Positions 8,337 through 16,716 of a stretch of 45,929 nucleotides of DNA are shown piece after piece. Numbering within the stretch: position 1 is the first letter of the stretch; every line of letters begins with the position of its first letter. A program made the position numbers and the translations under genes. Under the pieces are notes generated by a model, which saw only the letters and a list, made by a program, of their open reading frames with translations, was not told where the DNA came from and searched no databases. This stretch comes from a virus, in IMG/VR virus record IMGVR_UViG_3300022561_000003, one strand, 5' to 3'.

Positions 8337-8519
8337 ATGGAAGATCATTTTCTACTATTCCCAATACTGATTTTAGTAGGTATACTTTATGTAGCATGGT
8401 ACATTATAAAATTGATATGGATTACGTTAGGATTAATATTTATACTAATAAGAAAAATATATCGAAAAATTATGAATAAAAATGTAGAAGGAGTGAATAA
8501 TAACAATGTTATTAGATGA
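8337..8519 (+). CDS. small membrane protein
   Basis: RBS gaggtg; long hydrophobic stretch followed by basic tail. Confidence 0.6.
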   Translation: MEDHFLLFPILILVGILYVAWYIIKLIWITLGLIFILIRKIYRKIMNKNVEGVNNNNVIR

Positions 8520-9390
8520 GTATCTTGAATATCTAAAATCTACAGAAGGTAAGAGCTCTGGAACAATTACACAATATCACAACAGCATGAAGCTATTTAT
8601 GAATTATATGAAAGAAGATAAATACAGCATCACCAGAGAATCAATCAAAAAAATTAAAATATCTGATATTTATGGATTTTTAGCTACAATATCAGAATCT
8701 AATTCAGGAAGCTCCAGAAGAAATAAGATATCAGCATTAAAATCATTCTTTGAGTATTGTAAAGAGATTGAATTAGTAAAGCATAATATAATTGTAGACA
8801 TAAAGAAGCAACCAAAAACTCCAAGACGAATTCCTAAATATTTCAACCTAGATGAATGTAAATTATTAATAAGTTCAGTAGGCAAAAGAAATCTAATTAG
8901 AGATAAAATGATAATAATATTATTTCTATCTACTGGATTAAGATTAACAGAATTAATTAACCTAGATATAAATTGTGTGATTGACAACAACTTAACAATA
9001 ATCGGCAAAGGAAATAAAGAGAGGCCAGTGTATTTGAATCAAAAAATAATAACATTGTTAAAAGAATATCTATTAGAAAGAGGAGAATCAGATTCAAACG
9101 CATTATTCCTTAGTGAGCGAAATAACAGAATTTCTAAGAGTGCAGTACAGAATTTATTAAGAAATGCAATAGACAGAGCTGGATTGAAATTAGAAGGTGA
9201 AACTGACGTCCTAGTGCATGTTTTAAGACACTCGTTTGCTACAAATGAATATCAGAATGGAACAGATATTAGACTCCTCCAGGAAGTGCTAGGACATGAA
9301 GATATAGGAACGACTCAAATTTATACACACGTTAATAAGAAGCAAATGGAAAATCAAGCAGAAAATTCTATAATGAGTAGTATAATATAA
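8506..9390 (+). CDS. XerC/XerD-type tyrosine recombinase
   Basis: All catalytic residues present: TGLRLTEL, GKGNKER, HVLRHSFAT, LGHEDIGTTQIYTH; SAM-like N-terminal domain, 294 aa, no arm-binding domain. Confidence 0.95.
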   Translation: MLLDEYLEYLKSTEGKSSGTITQYHNSMKLFMNYMKEDKYSITRESIKKIKISDIYGFLATISESNSGSSRRNKISALKSFFEYCKEIELVKHNIIVDIKKQPKTPRRIPKYFNLDECKLLISSVGKRNLIRDKMIIILFLSTGLRLTELINLDINCVIDNNLTIIGKGNKERPVYLNQKIITLLKEYLLERGESDSNALFLSERNNRISKSAVQNLLRNAIDRAGLKLEGETDVLVHVLRHSFATNEYQNGTDIRLLQEVLGHEDIGTTQIYTHVNKKQMENQAENSIMSSII

Positions 9391-9448
9391 TGTAAAAAAT
9401 TGGTATAATCAAGTCGAACGAATTTATGTTAATATTACGTAAAATAGA

Positions 9449-9477
9449 TTGACAAAGTAACAATTAAATAATAAAAT
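9449..9477 (+). promoter_or_regulatory. sigma-A promoter with operator-like motif across spacer and -10
   Basis: TTGACA-17-TAAAAT; ACAATTAAATAATAA at 9460. Confidence 0.7.
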
Positions 9478-9500
9478 AATAAAGAGGATGTGTTAATAAA

Positions 9501-10136
9501 ATGAATGAGAAAATAGAATTATTAAAAGAATTAATTGAGAAATCTGAATTAACCGTACAACAAAAGATAAACAAAATCATCCAGACACTAATAAGAACAG
9601 AAGATCCAATTAAAGCTAGAATATTGAGTAATGAGATATTAGATGGTAAATTTGATAAGTTAGAAAATCAAAGTATTTTAAATTTGGTAACAGCATTTAA
9701 TGATAACGAATCAATAGTAGTAAGCAATCAAACAGAATACAATGATGTTAAAGAAGATACCCTATTTAATAAAAATGATTCAAACGAAAACAAAGCAATC
9801 AAGACATTAGAGTATCAATTGAAAGTAATGCAATCTCAGATGGAATCCTTAGAATACAATAATAATAAAAAGATGAAAGAACTAGAAGAATTAAACAATA
9901 AACGAATAGACGAACTAACTAAATCAAATAATGAATTGTCTGGATTAAATAGTAGATTAGTTGCAAGATTAAGTTTAACTAAAAATTCTAAACTGATTGA
10001 AGTATCAGATGAAAGTATTAACGAATTATATATTAGAAACTTAGAAACAGCAGTAACTGAATATGAAGAAGCGTTTATCGTAAAAGGAATAGTTCCAAAG
10101 ACTTATTACAAATTAAATAATAGAGAGGGAGAATAA
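9501..10136 (+). CDS. coiled-coil hypothetical protein
   Basis: 211 aa, heptad-rich LEYQLKVMQSQMESLE...LSGLNSRL. Confidence 0.75.
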   Translation: MNEKIELLKELIEKSELTVQQKINKIIQTLIRTEDPIKARILSNEILDGKFDKLENQSILNLVTAFNDNESIVVSNQTEYNDVKEDTLFNKNDSNENKAIKTLEYQLKVMQSQMESLEYNNNKKMKELEELNNKRIDELTKSNNELSGLNSRLVARLSLTKNSKLIEVSDESINELYIRNLETAVTEYEEAFIVKGIVPKTYYKLNNREGE

Positions 10137-10141
10137 AAATT

Positions 10142-11080
10142 ATGAGAACTCAAAAATATTCTAAATTATATATTACTATTTATGACGAATTAAATAATAA
10201 GGGAAATGTTATTAAAAACATTCTAAAAACTGAAAAGGAATTAGATATTGAATTATTAGATTGGAAAGATGAACAGTTAGTTATTTTCTTAAAGAAATTT
10301 GAATCAATATCTCCAGTAAGTTTAAGAAAAAATTTAACGATATTAAGAGAGTTTGCTAATTATATTTGTAAAGAAGAAAATCTTGAATGTCCTATATTTA
10401 CATTAGAAGAATCTGTTTTTATGAGTTTGATTGATACAGATAAATTGTTATCCGTAACATTATCTTATGAACAGTTTCAGAACATCAGAGGACAGCTAGG
10501 AATGGCAGGTATAGGAGAAACAGTAAACTACAGAGATAAGCTTATTTTTGAACTCGCATGGTTTGGCGTTACTGAAGATGAAATGAGAATGTTAAAAGAG
10601 TCTGATATAGAATATGTTGATAATAAAGGAATGGAAGTTGCTATATTAAATCTAAATACTGGTAAAACTGTAAGAATTGATGATCCAGAAGTTATTGATG
10701 ATATTAAAAAATGTATAGTAACAGATTCAATTACTAGAGTCGCTAAAGATGGCAGATTTAAAACTACTGGATACAGAGATTCAGAGTACCTACTAAGAGC
10801 TGGAAAATCAGGTGGAACATCTCCTAATTCATTCTTTGGTAAACCTGCTACAGCACTAAAAGGAGCTTTTGTTAAACAAGAAATAACTTGTGATGGAATT
10901 AATGTCTTTGATTTGAGCTTAGACGATATTAGGAGGAGCAGACTGGTGCTGTTACTAAATAAAAAGAATGAAGAGTATTTTAACTTTGAAACTGTTGCAG
11001 CAATATATAATCTTAAGACAATTTCTGCGATTAGATGGTACCGAGAAATAGCTGCAATGAAATATCCAGAGGTAAAATAA
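10142..11080 (+). CDS. degenerate tyrosine-recombinase-fold protein, MrpR/YopR-like putative lysogeny repressor
   Basis: YRDKLIFELAWFGVTEDEMRMLKESDI aligns to box I with R->T; LSLDDIRRS aligns to HxxR with H->D; no LGH. Confidence 0.65.
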   Translation: MRTQKYSKLYITIYDELNNKGNVIKNILKTEKELDIELLDWKDEQLVIFLKKFESISPVSLRKNLTILREFANYICKEENLECPIFTLEESVFMSLIDTDKLLSVTLSYEQFQNIRGQLGMAGIGETVNYRDKLIFELAWFGVTEDEMRMLKESDIEYVDNKGMEVAILNLNTGKTVRIDDPEVIDDIKKCIVTDSITRVAKDGRFKTTGYRDSEYLLRAGKSGGTSPNSFFGKPATALKGAFVKQEITCDGINVFDLSLDDIRRSRLVLLLNKKNEEYFNFETVAAIYNLKTISAIRWYREIAAMKYPEVK

Positions 11081-11168
11081 TGAAGCCTGGAACAACACTA
11101 ATATTATTAAGTTTAGTGTTGTTCTTAGTCAGCATCAACAATCAAATAATAATAAGGGATGGGGATAA

Positions 11169-11561
11169 ATGATGAAAGAATTTAATAATAAAGATTTTGT
11201 TAAAACTGAAAAATACGTAGCTATAACAGGAGACAATTTTGACTCAGATAGACAATTTGAAATAGAAGTTGATGGAGTACAAATAACGTTATGTATGGAT
11301 GAACAGAATAGGCTCATTCAGATACTCTCAGCCGATGGAGAAGTTATTAGTAGTAAGAATACCAATGTAGCTAAAAAGTGCCTACAGAGAGTCGTTACAA
11401 CGTCTAGAGAGGCTACATATACCGACAAGCAAGAAAGGTTCTGGTCGTTCTACCTAGATGATATAAGACCTAATTCAAAATGTCCTAAAGTAGATAATTC
11501 CACTATGTATGCGATTCAAGCTTTGGATTGGGAGACAATAAAGTTAGAATTAACCAAATGA
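11169..11561 (+). CDS. hypothetical phage protein
   Basis: 130-aa ORF with purine-rich RBS. Confidence 0.7.
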   Translation: MMKEFNNKDFVKTEKYVAITGDNFDSDRQFEIEVDGVQITLCMDEQNRLIQILSADGEVISSKNTNVAKKCLQRVVTTSREATYTDKQERFWSFYLDDIRPNSKCPKVDNSTMYAIQALDWETIKLELTK

Positions 11562-11575
11562 ATTATATCGGAATA

Positions 11576-11604
11576 TTGACAATTAAATAATAAATTTGTA
11601 GAAT
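11576..11604 (+). promoter_or_regulatory. sigma-A promoter overlapped by operator-like motif
   Basis: TTGACA-17-TAGAAT; motif ACAATTAAATAATAAAT starts inside the -35. Confidence 0.75.
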
Positions 11605-11763
11605 AAATAGTCAAGTAGGAAATTATTGTAAACATTATTATTATATTGTACCGATTGACTATAACAAATTTAGAATATATATTATGTTATAATAAAATAT
11701 AAAGTTTATCAGACGTGCATGGTATAATAAAGAAAATAATTTATATGAAAGAAGGAATTAATA

Positions 11764-11943
11764 ATGGATCACACAATATTAGCAACATATTTTAATGGAG
11801 ATAATTATAGTTTTGATTGGTTAGAAAATGATGAAGATACAGCAGAATGGTTAGATGAAAGTAAAGACAAGTATACTCAGATAGAAATTATTAAAGTTAA
11901 TGTTATGGAAGTAATATATCAGTCTAAAGATATGGAGGAATAA
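11764..11943 (+). CDS. acidic 59-aa protein (MDHTILATYF...)
   Basis: RBS gaagga, open frame, not in ORF track. Confidence 0.6.
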   Translation: MDHTILATYFNGDNYSFDWLENDEDTAEWLDESKDKYTQIEIIKVNVMEVIYQSKDMEE

Positions 11944-11944
11944 T

Positions 11945-12136
11945 ATGAAAAGTATAATTAATTATGTTTCTAATTTTATTAAAATGATAAAAGATTTACC
12001 AGATGAAATGTTATATGTGCAACTAAATAATGCGGGGTTAGTGACTCCGACTGTAAAAATGAGTAATAAGGAGCCATTTCTTACTAAAGAAGAAATTATA
12101 AAAGTTAAAAGTATAAAAAATATAACCATATTATAA
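11945..12136 (+). CDS. hypothetical phage protein
   Basis: RBS ggagg. Confidence 0.65.
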   Translation: MKSIINYVSNFIKMIKDLPDEMLYVQLNNAGLVTPTVKMSNKEPFLTKEEIIKVKSIKNITIL

Positions 12137-12177
12137 AAGTAGTTTTCAAGTTAAATTATAAGGAGGTAAATAATATA

Positions 12178-12510
12178 ATGGAAGAATCGGGAACATCTTT
12201 AAATTGGAAGAAAATAAGAGCTGAAGAATTATCGAGGAAAGGTTATTCCCCGGAAGATATGGGATTATTAGAATTACTTAAAGAAGATTGTTTAAATGTA
12301 GATATATTAAAAATGTACCTTGAAAGATATATCCATAATAAAGTTATGTATGAGAATGATAGTAAAAAGTTAAGAGATAAAATACACATCAAATGCAAAA
12401 TTATGAATGAATGGATTACAGAATGGAGCGATTTTGATTCTGTATCATGGTATCAGGAAGGACTAGATGAATTAAGTAAAATGATTGGATCATTACAGAG
12501 ATTAACTTAA
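12178..12510 (+). CDS. hypothetical phage protein
   Basis: RBS aaggaggt. Confidence 0.75.
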   Translation: MEESGTSLNWKKIRAEELSRKGYSPEDMGLLELLKEDCLNVDILKMYLERYIHNKVMYENDSKKLRDKIHIKCKIMNEWITEWSDFDSVSWYQEGLDELSKMIGSLQRLT

Positions 12511-12526
12511 AAATGAGGAGGACTAA

Positions 12527-12748
12527 ATGATAATTAAATGTGGTAGAGAAGAGTTTGATTTAAATGAAAAAGATGTAATTTTAGATAATGGATGTTGCTT
12601 TCAGATATTAACCAGAGAGACAGGAAAAGGATGGAATAAGTATGCTCCTATAATAGCTAAACGCCTCGCAAATAAACTGATTAAGAATGGTGATTTATGT
12701 TTAAAAGAAGCTAAGGCAAATAGAAATCTATATTATAGAATAAGTTAA
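12527..12748 (+). CDS. hypothetical phage protein
   Basis: RBS gaggagg. Confidence 0.75.
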   Translation: MIIKCGREEFDLNEKDVILDNGCCFQILTRETGKGWNKYAPIIAKRLANKLIKNGDLCLKEAKANRNLYYRIS

Positions 12749-12767
12749 AAGAGAGAGGAGGATATTA

Positions 12768-12971
12768 ATGAATAAAAGTGAAGCATATATTTCGATGGAA
12801 CAAGGTAAAAAGATTACACATATATATTTTGATAGTGACGAGTTTCTATATATAAAAGATGGAATTATGTATACAGAAGATAATTACAGATTTGATAATA
12901 GAGATGATGGTTATGATGGTTGGAAAGATAGAAATAGCGAATCATTTCAAAGAGATTGGAATATCTATTAA
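12768..12971 (+). CDS. hypothetical phage protein
   Basis: RBS aggagg; stop begins a dif-like site. Confidence 0.75.
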   Translation: MNKSEAYISMEQGKKITHIYFDSDEFLYIKDGIMYTEDNYRFDNRDDGYDGWKDRNSESFQRDWNIY

Positions 12972-13004
12972 AAGAGAATTTTTATAAGAAAGGAGAAAAA
13001 ACAA

Positions 13005-13562
13005 ATGTTTTTAAACTTATTTAATAGTTCAAAAAGAGATCAAAATATTCAAAATGAAAGAAGTAAAATATATAATGAAATATCTATTATAAATAAACAA
13101 CTTCATGATATATATAATCCTTCCCCAAAAATAAAACCTTGGAGATATAGATTAAATGCAGTACCTACTGATTATGAAGAATTTACTATAAGATATCTTG
13201 AGAATTTAAAAATGAATGAAGTTTTGCACAATAAACCAGAGTATAAAGAATATGGATTGATGAATGATAGTAAAATGAATTTTGAAGAATTAGATAATAA
13301 ATTACAATTAGACACTGATAATAAATATAAGTTATTTGAAATTATAAATGAGCATCAATTAGACGATTTTGAAACTCAAATGTGGGCTGAATCTGCAATT
13401 AAAGATATTCATGTTATAAAGATAAGTGAGCAAGAAAAAGATGAATGTAGGCATAAGTATGGATTAGCTAAAATAGATGATAAGCAACTAGAAACCATCA
13501 AACAATTAAATTCAGAGAAAGAAAATTTAGAAAAACAATTAAACTTGTTACGTAAATTATAA
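13005..13562 (+). CDS. hypothetical protein (putative cassette gene)
   Basis: RBS aaggag; between sites 12969 and 13566. Confidence 0.75.
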   Translation: MFLNLFNSSKRDQNIQNERSKIYNEISIINKQLHDIYNPSPKIKPWRYRLNAVPTDYEEFTIRYLENLKMNEVLHNKPEYKEYGLMNDSKMNFEELDNKLQLDTDNKYKLFEIINEHQLDDFETQMWAESAIKDIHVIKISEQEKDECRHKYGLAKIDDKQLETIKQLNSEKENLEKQLNLLRKL

Positions 13563-13600
13563 TTATAAAACAGGTATTTTATATTAAGGAGGATGAGAAA

Positions 13601-13798
13601 ATGAAATATAAAGTATTAATAGAAATTCAAGGAGAAAAAGATTGCTATAATTGTCCCATAAATGAATCAGTCGGTGGATATGGAAATACAAAATGTAATT
13701 TGCAAGGTGATATGATATTTGATTATGATAGTAAAAATTATGGTAAATCAGATAAGGCTAAACAATTAGAAAAATGTCCATTAAAAGAAATAGAATAA
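13601..13798 (+). CDS. small Cys-rich protein (putative cassette gene)
   Basis: CxxCP...C...CP; between sites 13566 and 13801. Confidence 0.75.
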   Translation: MKYKVLIEIQGEKDCYNCPINESVGGYGNTKCNLQGDMIFDYDSKNYGKSDKAKQLEKCPLKEIE

Positions 13799-13860
13799 TT
13801 TAAAATGTTAATTTTATGGTATGAATAATAAAACTAAAATAAAAATTAGGAGGGGTTTAA

Positions 13861-14106
13861 ATGTCAATTTATGAAATGGTTAAAAAGTTAATAGGAAGTA
13901 TAGAACCGTATGGAGATTCAGGTATTGATGAAAAACGTTCAACTAATCTTGAGGAACACATAGACCTTGTTTTTGGTTTAGTTACTGACTTAATTAAAAC
14001 GGCAGATTTTAAAAATAGAGGTGAAGCTAGTATACAGAAATTAGGAATAGCAGCTAACGATGCCCTATTGGAAATAAAAAATTCGATTGATAATAATATT
14101 GGATAA
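13861..14106 (+). CDS. hypothetical protein (putative cassette gene)
   Basis: RBS aggagg; between sites 13801 and 14104. Confidence 0.75.
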   Translation: MSIYEMVKKLIGSIEPYGDSGIDEKRSTNLEEHIDLVFGLVTDLIKTADFKNRGEASIQKLGIAANDALLEIKNSIDNNIG

Positions 14107-14142
14107 AACTATTATTTTAATATAGGAAGGAGTTGTTAATGA

Positions 14143-14346
14143 ATGGAGTATCAATGTCCTCTGTGTAAGGAAATGTTAATTAAAACAAATGATGACTATA
14201 AATGTACTAATGAAGATTGCAATATGAAAAGAGCTGGAAAAATAAAGATAAGAGAAGATTATCAAGATATTTTTATTGAAGATAAATTGACTAATAGAAT
14301 TACGAAAGAAAACAAATTATGTACCATATTTAAAATAACAAATTAA
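14143..14346 (+). CDS. small zinc-ribbon-like protein
   Basis: CPLC...CTNEDC. Confidence 0.65.
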   Translation: MEYQCPLCKEMLIKTNDDYKCTNEDCNMKRAGKIKIREDYQDIFIEDKLTNRITKENKLCTIFKITN

Positions 14347-14359
14347 TTTTAAATAACAT

Positions 14360-14389
14360 TTGACAAATGAATAATACTTATGGTAAACT
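14360..14389 (+). promoter_or_regulatory. sigma-A promoter with operator-like variant
   Basis: TTGACA-18-TAAACT with extended -10 TG; motif variant ACAAATGAATAATACTT. Confidence 0.6.
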
Positions 14390-14430
14390 AAGGATAACGA
14401 ATTAAATAATAATTGAAAGGAGATAAAAAA

Positions 14431-14589
14431 ATGAAAGAAAGAGTAATGTGTATGGCAGGAGAACTTGGATTTAATATAGAGCAGAATGTTTGCCACGTAT
14501 ATTTAATAAAAGATGAAAATAGAAGACACTATAAAGGATATACAAAAGCATATATGTTTTTATATAGAAGATTAAAAGCAATTAAATAA
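14431..14589 (+). CDS. hypothetical 52-aa protein
   Basis: RBS aaggag, not in ORF track. Confidence 0.6.
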   Translation: MKERVMCMAGELGFNIEQNVCHVYLIKDENRRHYKGYTKAYMFLYRRLKAIK

Positions 14590-14611
14590 TAATAAAGGAG
14601 AGGAGAATATT

Positions 14612-15331
14612 ATGGAAAACGATCAATTACAAATATTTAATAATGAGGAGTTCGGACAGATAAGAACTATTACAGAAAATGGAGACACTTGGTTTTTAGG
14701 AAAGGACATTGCTGGAACTTTAGCATATAAAGATACATCAGATGCATTAAAGAAACATGTTGATGAAGAGGATAAAATGGGTAGGCAAATCGCCGACTCA
14801 TTAGGAAGACAGCAAAACACTATCTTTATAAACGAGAGTGGAATGTATAGTTTGATATTTAAGAGCAAACAACCTAAAGCTAAAGAATTTAAAAGATGGG
14901 TAACTTCAGAAGTATTACCATCTATTCGTAAAACCGGTGGATATGTAGCTCCCAGCATTGCAAGCAAAGACACTTATATATTAGACTTAGCCAAGTCAAT
15001 GCAATTAACTAATCAAGTTGTACAAGGAATATTGACATCAGTAACTAAGATGGAAGAGTTTGTTAAAGATAGTCTTAATGCAAAAGATATTCAAATAGAT
15101 AGAGCATCAGAGTTAATTGGATTAAGAAGTAAGAACACAATGATGTTATCTGGTGCATTAAAAGAGAAATTAGAAGACCTCACAGGGGCATATGTTTCTG
15201 CTACGTCTGAATTATATAAGAAGATTAAGAAATTAGTATTTAAAGAGTTTCATGTATTTAAATGGGAAGAAATTGCAATAGGAAAATATAATAGAGTTTA
15301 TGCATTTATAGATTCTATAGAAGAAATATAA
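14612..15331 (+). CDS. BRO-N domain phage antirepressor-like protein
   Basis: FNNEEFGQIR..WFLGKDIA..L.Y..FINESGMYSLIFKS..AKEFKRWVTSEVLPSIRKTGGY is the BRO-N signature. Confidence 0.9.
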   Translation: MENDQLQIFNNEEFGQIRTITENGDTWFLGKDIAGTLAYKDTSDALKKHVDEEDKMGRQIADSLGRQQNTIFINESGMYSLIFKSKQPKAKEFKRWVTSEVLPSIRKTGGYVAPSIASKDTYILDLAKSMQLTNQVVQGILTSVTKMEEFVKDSLNAKDIQIDRASELIGLRSKNTMMLSGALKEKLEDLTGAYVSATSELYKKIKKLVFKEFHVFKWEEIAIGKYNRVYAFIDSIEEI

Positions 15332-15361
15332 CAATTAAATAATAATTAGGGGGAGAATATT

Positions 15362-15583
15362 ATGATAAAGAATAACTGTAGAGACTGCATGACCAGAGAA
15401 CTCGGATGTCATTCAAATTGCATTACATATAATAACTTTACTGCTGCACTCCAGGAGAAGAAAGAACATAAGCTAGATCAATTTGATAGCTACAAAAGAG
15501 ATAGACTTATTCAAGAGAATGAGTACAGAATTAAAATAGGTAAGGCTACATTAGGCAATAGTAAAAATTTTGCAAACTGTTAA
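15362..15583 (+). CDS. small Cys-rich hypothetical protein
   Basis: CRDC..R..GCHSNC. Confidence 0.7.
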   Translation: MIKNNCRDCMTRELGCHSNCITYNNFTAALQEKKEHKLDQFDSYKRDRLIQENEYRIKIGKATLGNSKNFANC

Positions 15584-15615
15584 CAACTAAATAATAATTG
15601 AGGAGGTAATATATT

Positions 15616-15978
15616 ATGAAAGATAAATGGATGTATAATTTAGATGGTGGAGATATATGGTATGGCGAAGAGTTTGATACAAAAGAAGAAGCAATTAAAA
15701 TTGGTAGAGAAGAATCGGAAGATGATACTTTTAGAATAGGACAGATTAAAGAAGTTAAGCCAAGTGGGGTAGATGTTGATTATATATTAGAAAATGTAGC
15801 TGAGAATACAACAGATGATGTTGGAGAAATTGGAGAAGATTATCTGTGTGATGTTACTAAAGAAGATAGAGTAGAATTAGAAGAAAAGTTAAATGTAGTA
15901 TTATTTACATGGATGAAAAAATATGGGTATGAGCCTACATTTTTTCTAATTGATAATGAAGAGGTAATCATATGTTAA
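15616..15978 (+). CDS. acidic hypothetical phage protein
   Basis: RBS aggaggt; FDTKEEAI motif common in phage proteins. Confidence 0.75.
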   Translation: MKDKWMYNLDGGDIWYGEEFDTKEEAIKIGREESEDDTFRIGQIKEVKPSGVDVDYILENVAENTTDDVGEIGEDYLCDVTKEDRVELEEKLNVVLFTWMKKYGYEPTFFLIDNEEVIIC

Positions 15979-16217
15979 AGGACTCTATTAATAAATCTGC
16001 TAAGAAACATGGAATTAATCCATATGTGTTAGCACAAATTATTCAATCAGAATCAAGTTGGGTAATTCCATACGAAAATAAGTCCATGTGGAATAAGATC
16101 AAATTATTCTTTAGTAAGATATTTAAAATTAATAAGGAAGTTAAATCACAGGAGACTTTTGGTCTTGGACAATTTTCTAGAAGTCAAATAGATAAAAATA
16201 ATGATTTTAGGAGGTAA
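15972..16217 (+). CDS. truncated lytic-transglycosylase (SLT)-like protein
   Basis: AKKHGINPYVLAQIIQSESSW (motif I with catalytic E) and GLGQF (GLMQ-like motif II); ends after 81 aa. Confidence 0.55.
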   Translation: MLKDSINKSAKKHGINPYVLAQIIQSESSWVIPYENKSMWNKIKLFFSKIFKINKEVKSQETFGLGQFSRSQIDKNNDFRR

Positions 16218-16225
16218 TATTTATT

Positions 16226-16522
16226 ATGAGTGAATCAAATAATGAAGTAAGAGGACACTTATGTGAGGGATTAAAGAGATTCCAGGAGAACTCCACTTAT
16301 TCGTGTATACCTAAATTTAATAAAGAGGGTGAAGTTGAGGGGTGTGATGCGACAAATGAAATTAGAATTATATTTTGTCCATTCTGTGGTGAGAAATTAA
16401 TTGAATCGAAAGAATATAAATATACTTGTGTTGAATGTAAAGATACATGGAAATCATATGATAAAAATATAATATGTTGTGACGAATGTTATAGTGGTGA
16501 TTTAACAATAGAAGTGATATAA
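16226..16522 (+). CDS. Cys-rich zinc-finger-like protein
   Basis: FCPFCG, CVEC, CCDEC. Confidence 0.7.
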   Translation: MSESNNEVRGHLCEGLKRFQENSTYSCIPKFNKEGEVEGCDATNEIRIIFCPFCGEKLIESKEYKYTCVECKDTWKSYDKNIICCDECYSGDLTIEVI

Positions 16523-16553
16523 AACATGTCTTTTAAAAGAAGGAGGAAATGGT

Positions 16554-16715
16554 ATGTTAAATAGTGAGTTAATTACAAAGTTAGAAGAATTAGATCCAAA
16601 TGCAGAGATTATTGTTTGGGAAGGCTATGATGCTGGATGTACTACTAGAGAATTTCAAATTAGTTCAGGTATATTCTTTGATACAAATCAAAAATATTAT
16701 TTATTGGAGGCATAG
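16554..16715 (+). CDS. hypothetical 53-aa protein (MLNSELITKLEELDPNAEII...)
   Basis: RBS aaggagg; occupies the spurious 5' extension given to the ligase ORF. Confidence 0.7.
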   Translation: MLNSELITKLEELDPNAEIIVWEGYDAGCTTREFQISSGIFFDTNQKYYLLEA

Positions 16716-16716
16716 T

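Noticed and set aside
16600-16716. N-terminal extension of the ligase (MQRLLFGK...)
   Set aside because: Overlaps a separate RBS-led ORF (16554..16715); LigA similarity and an RBS start at ATG 16717
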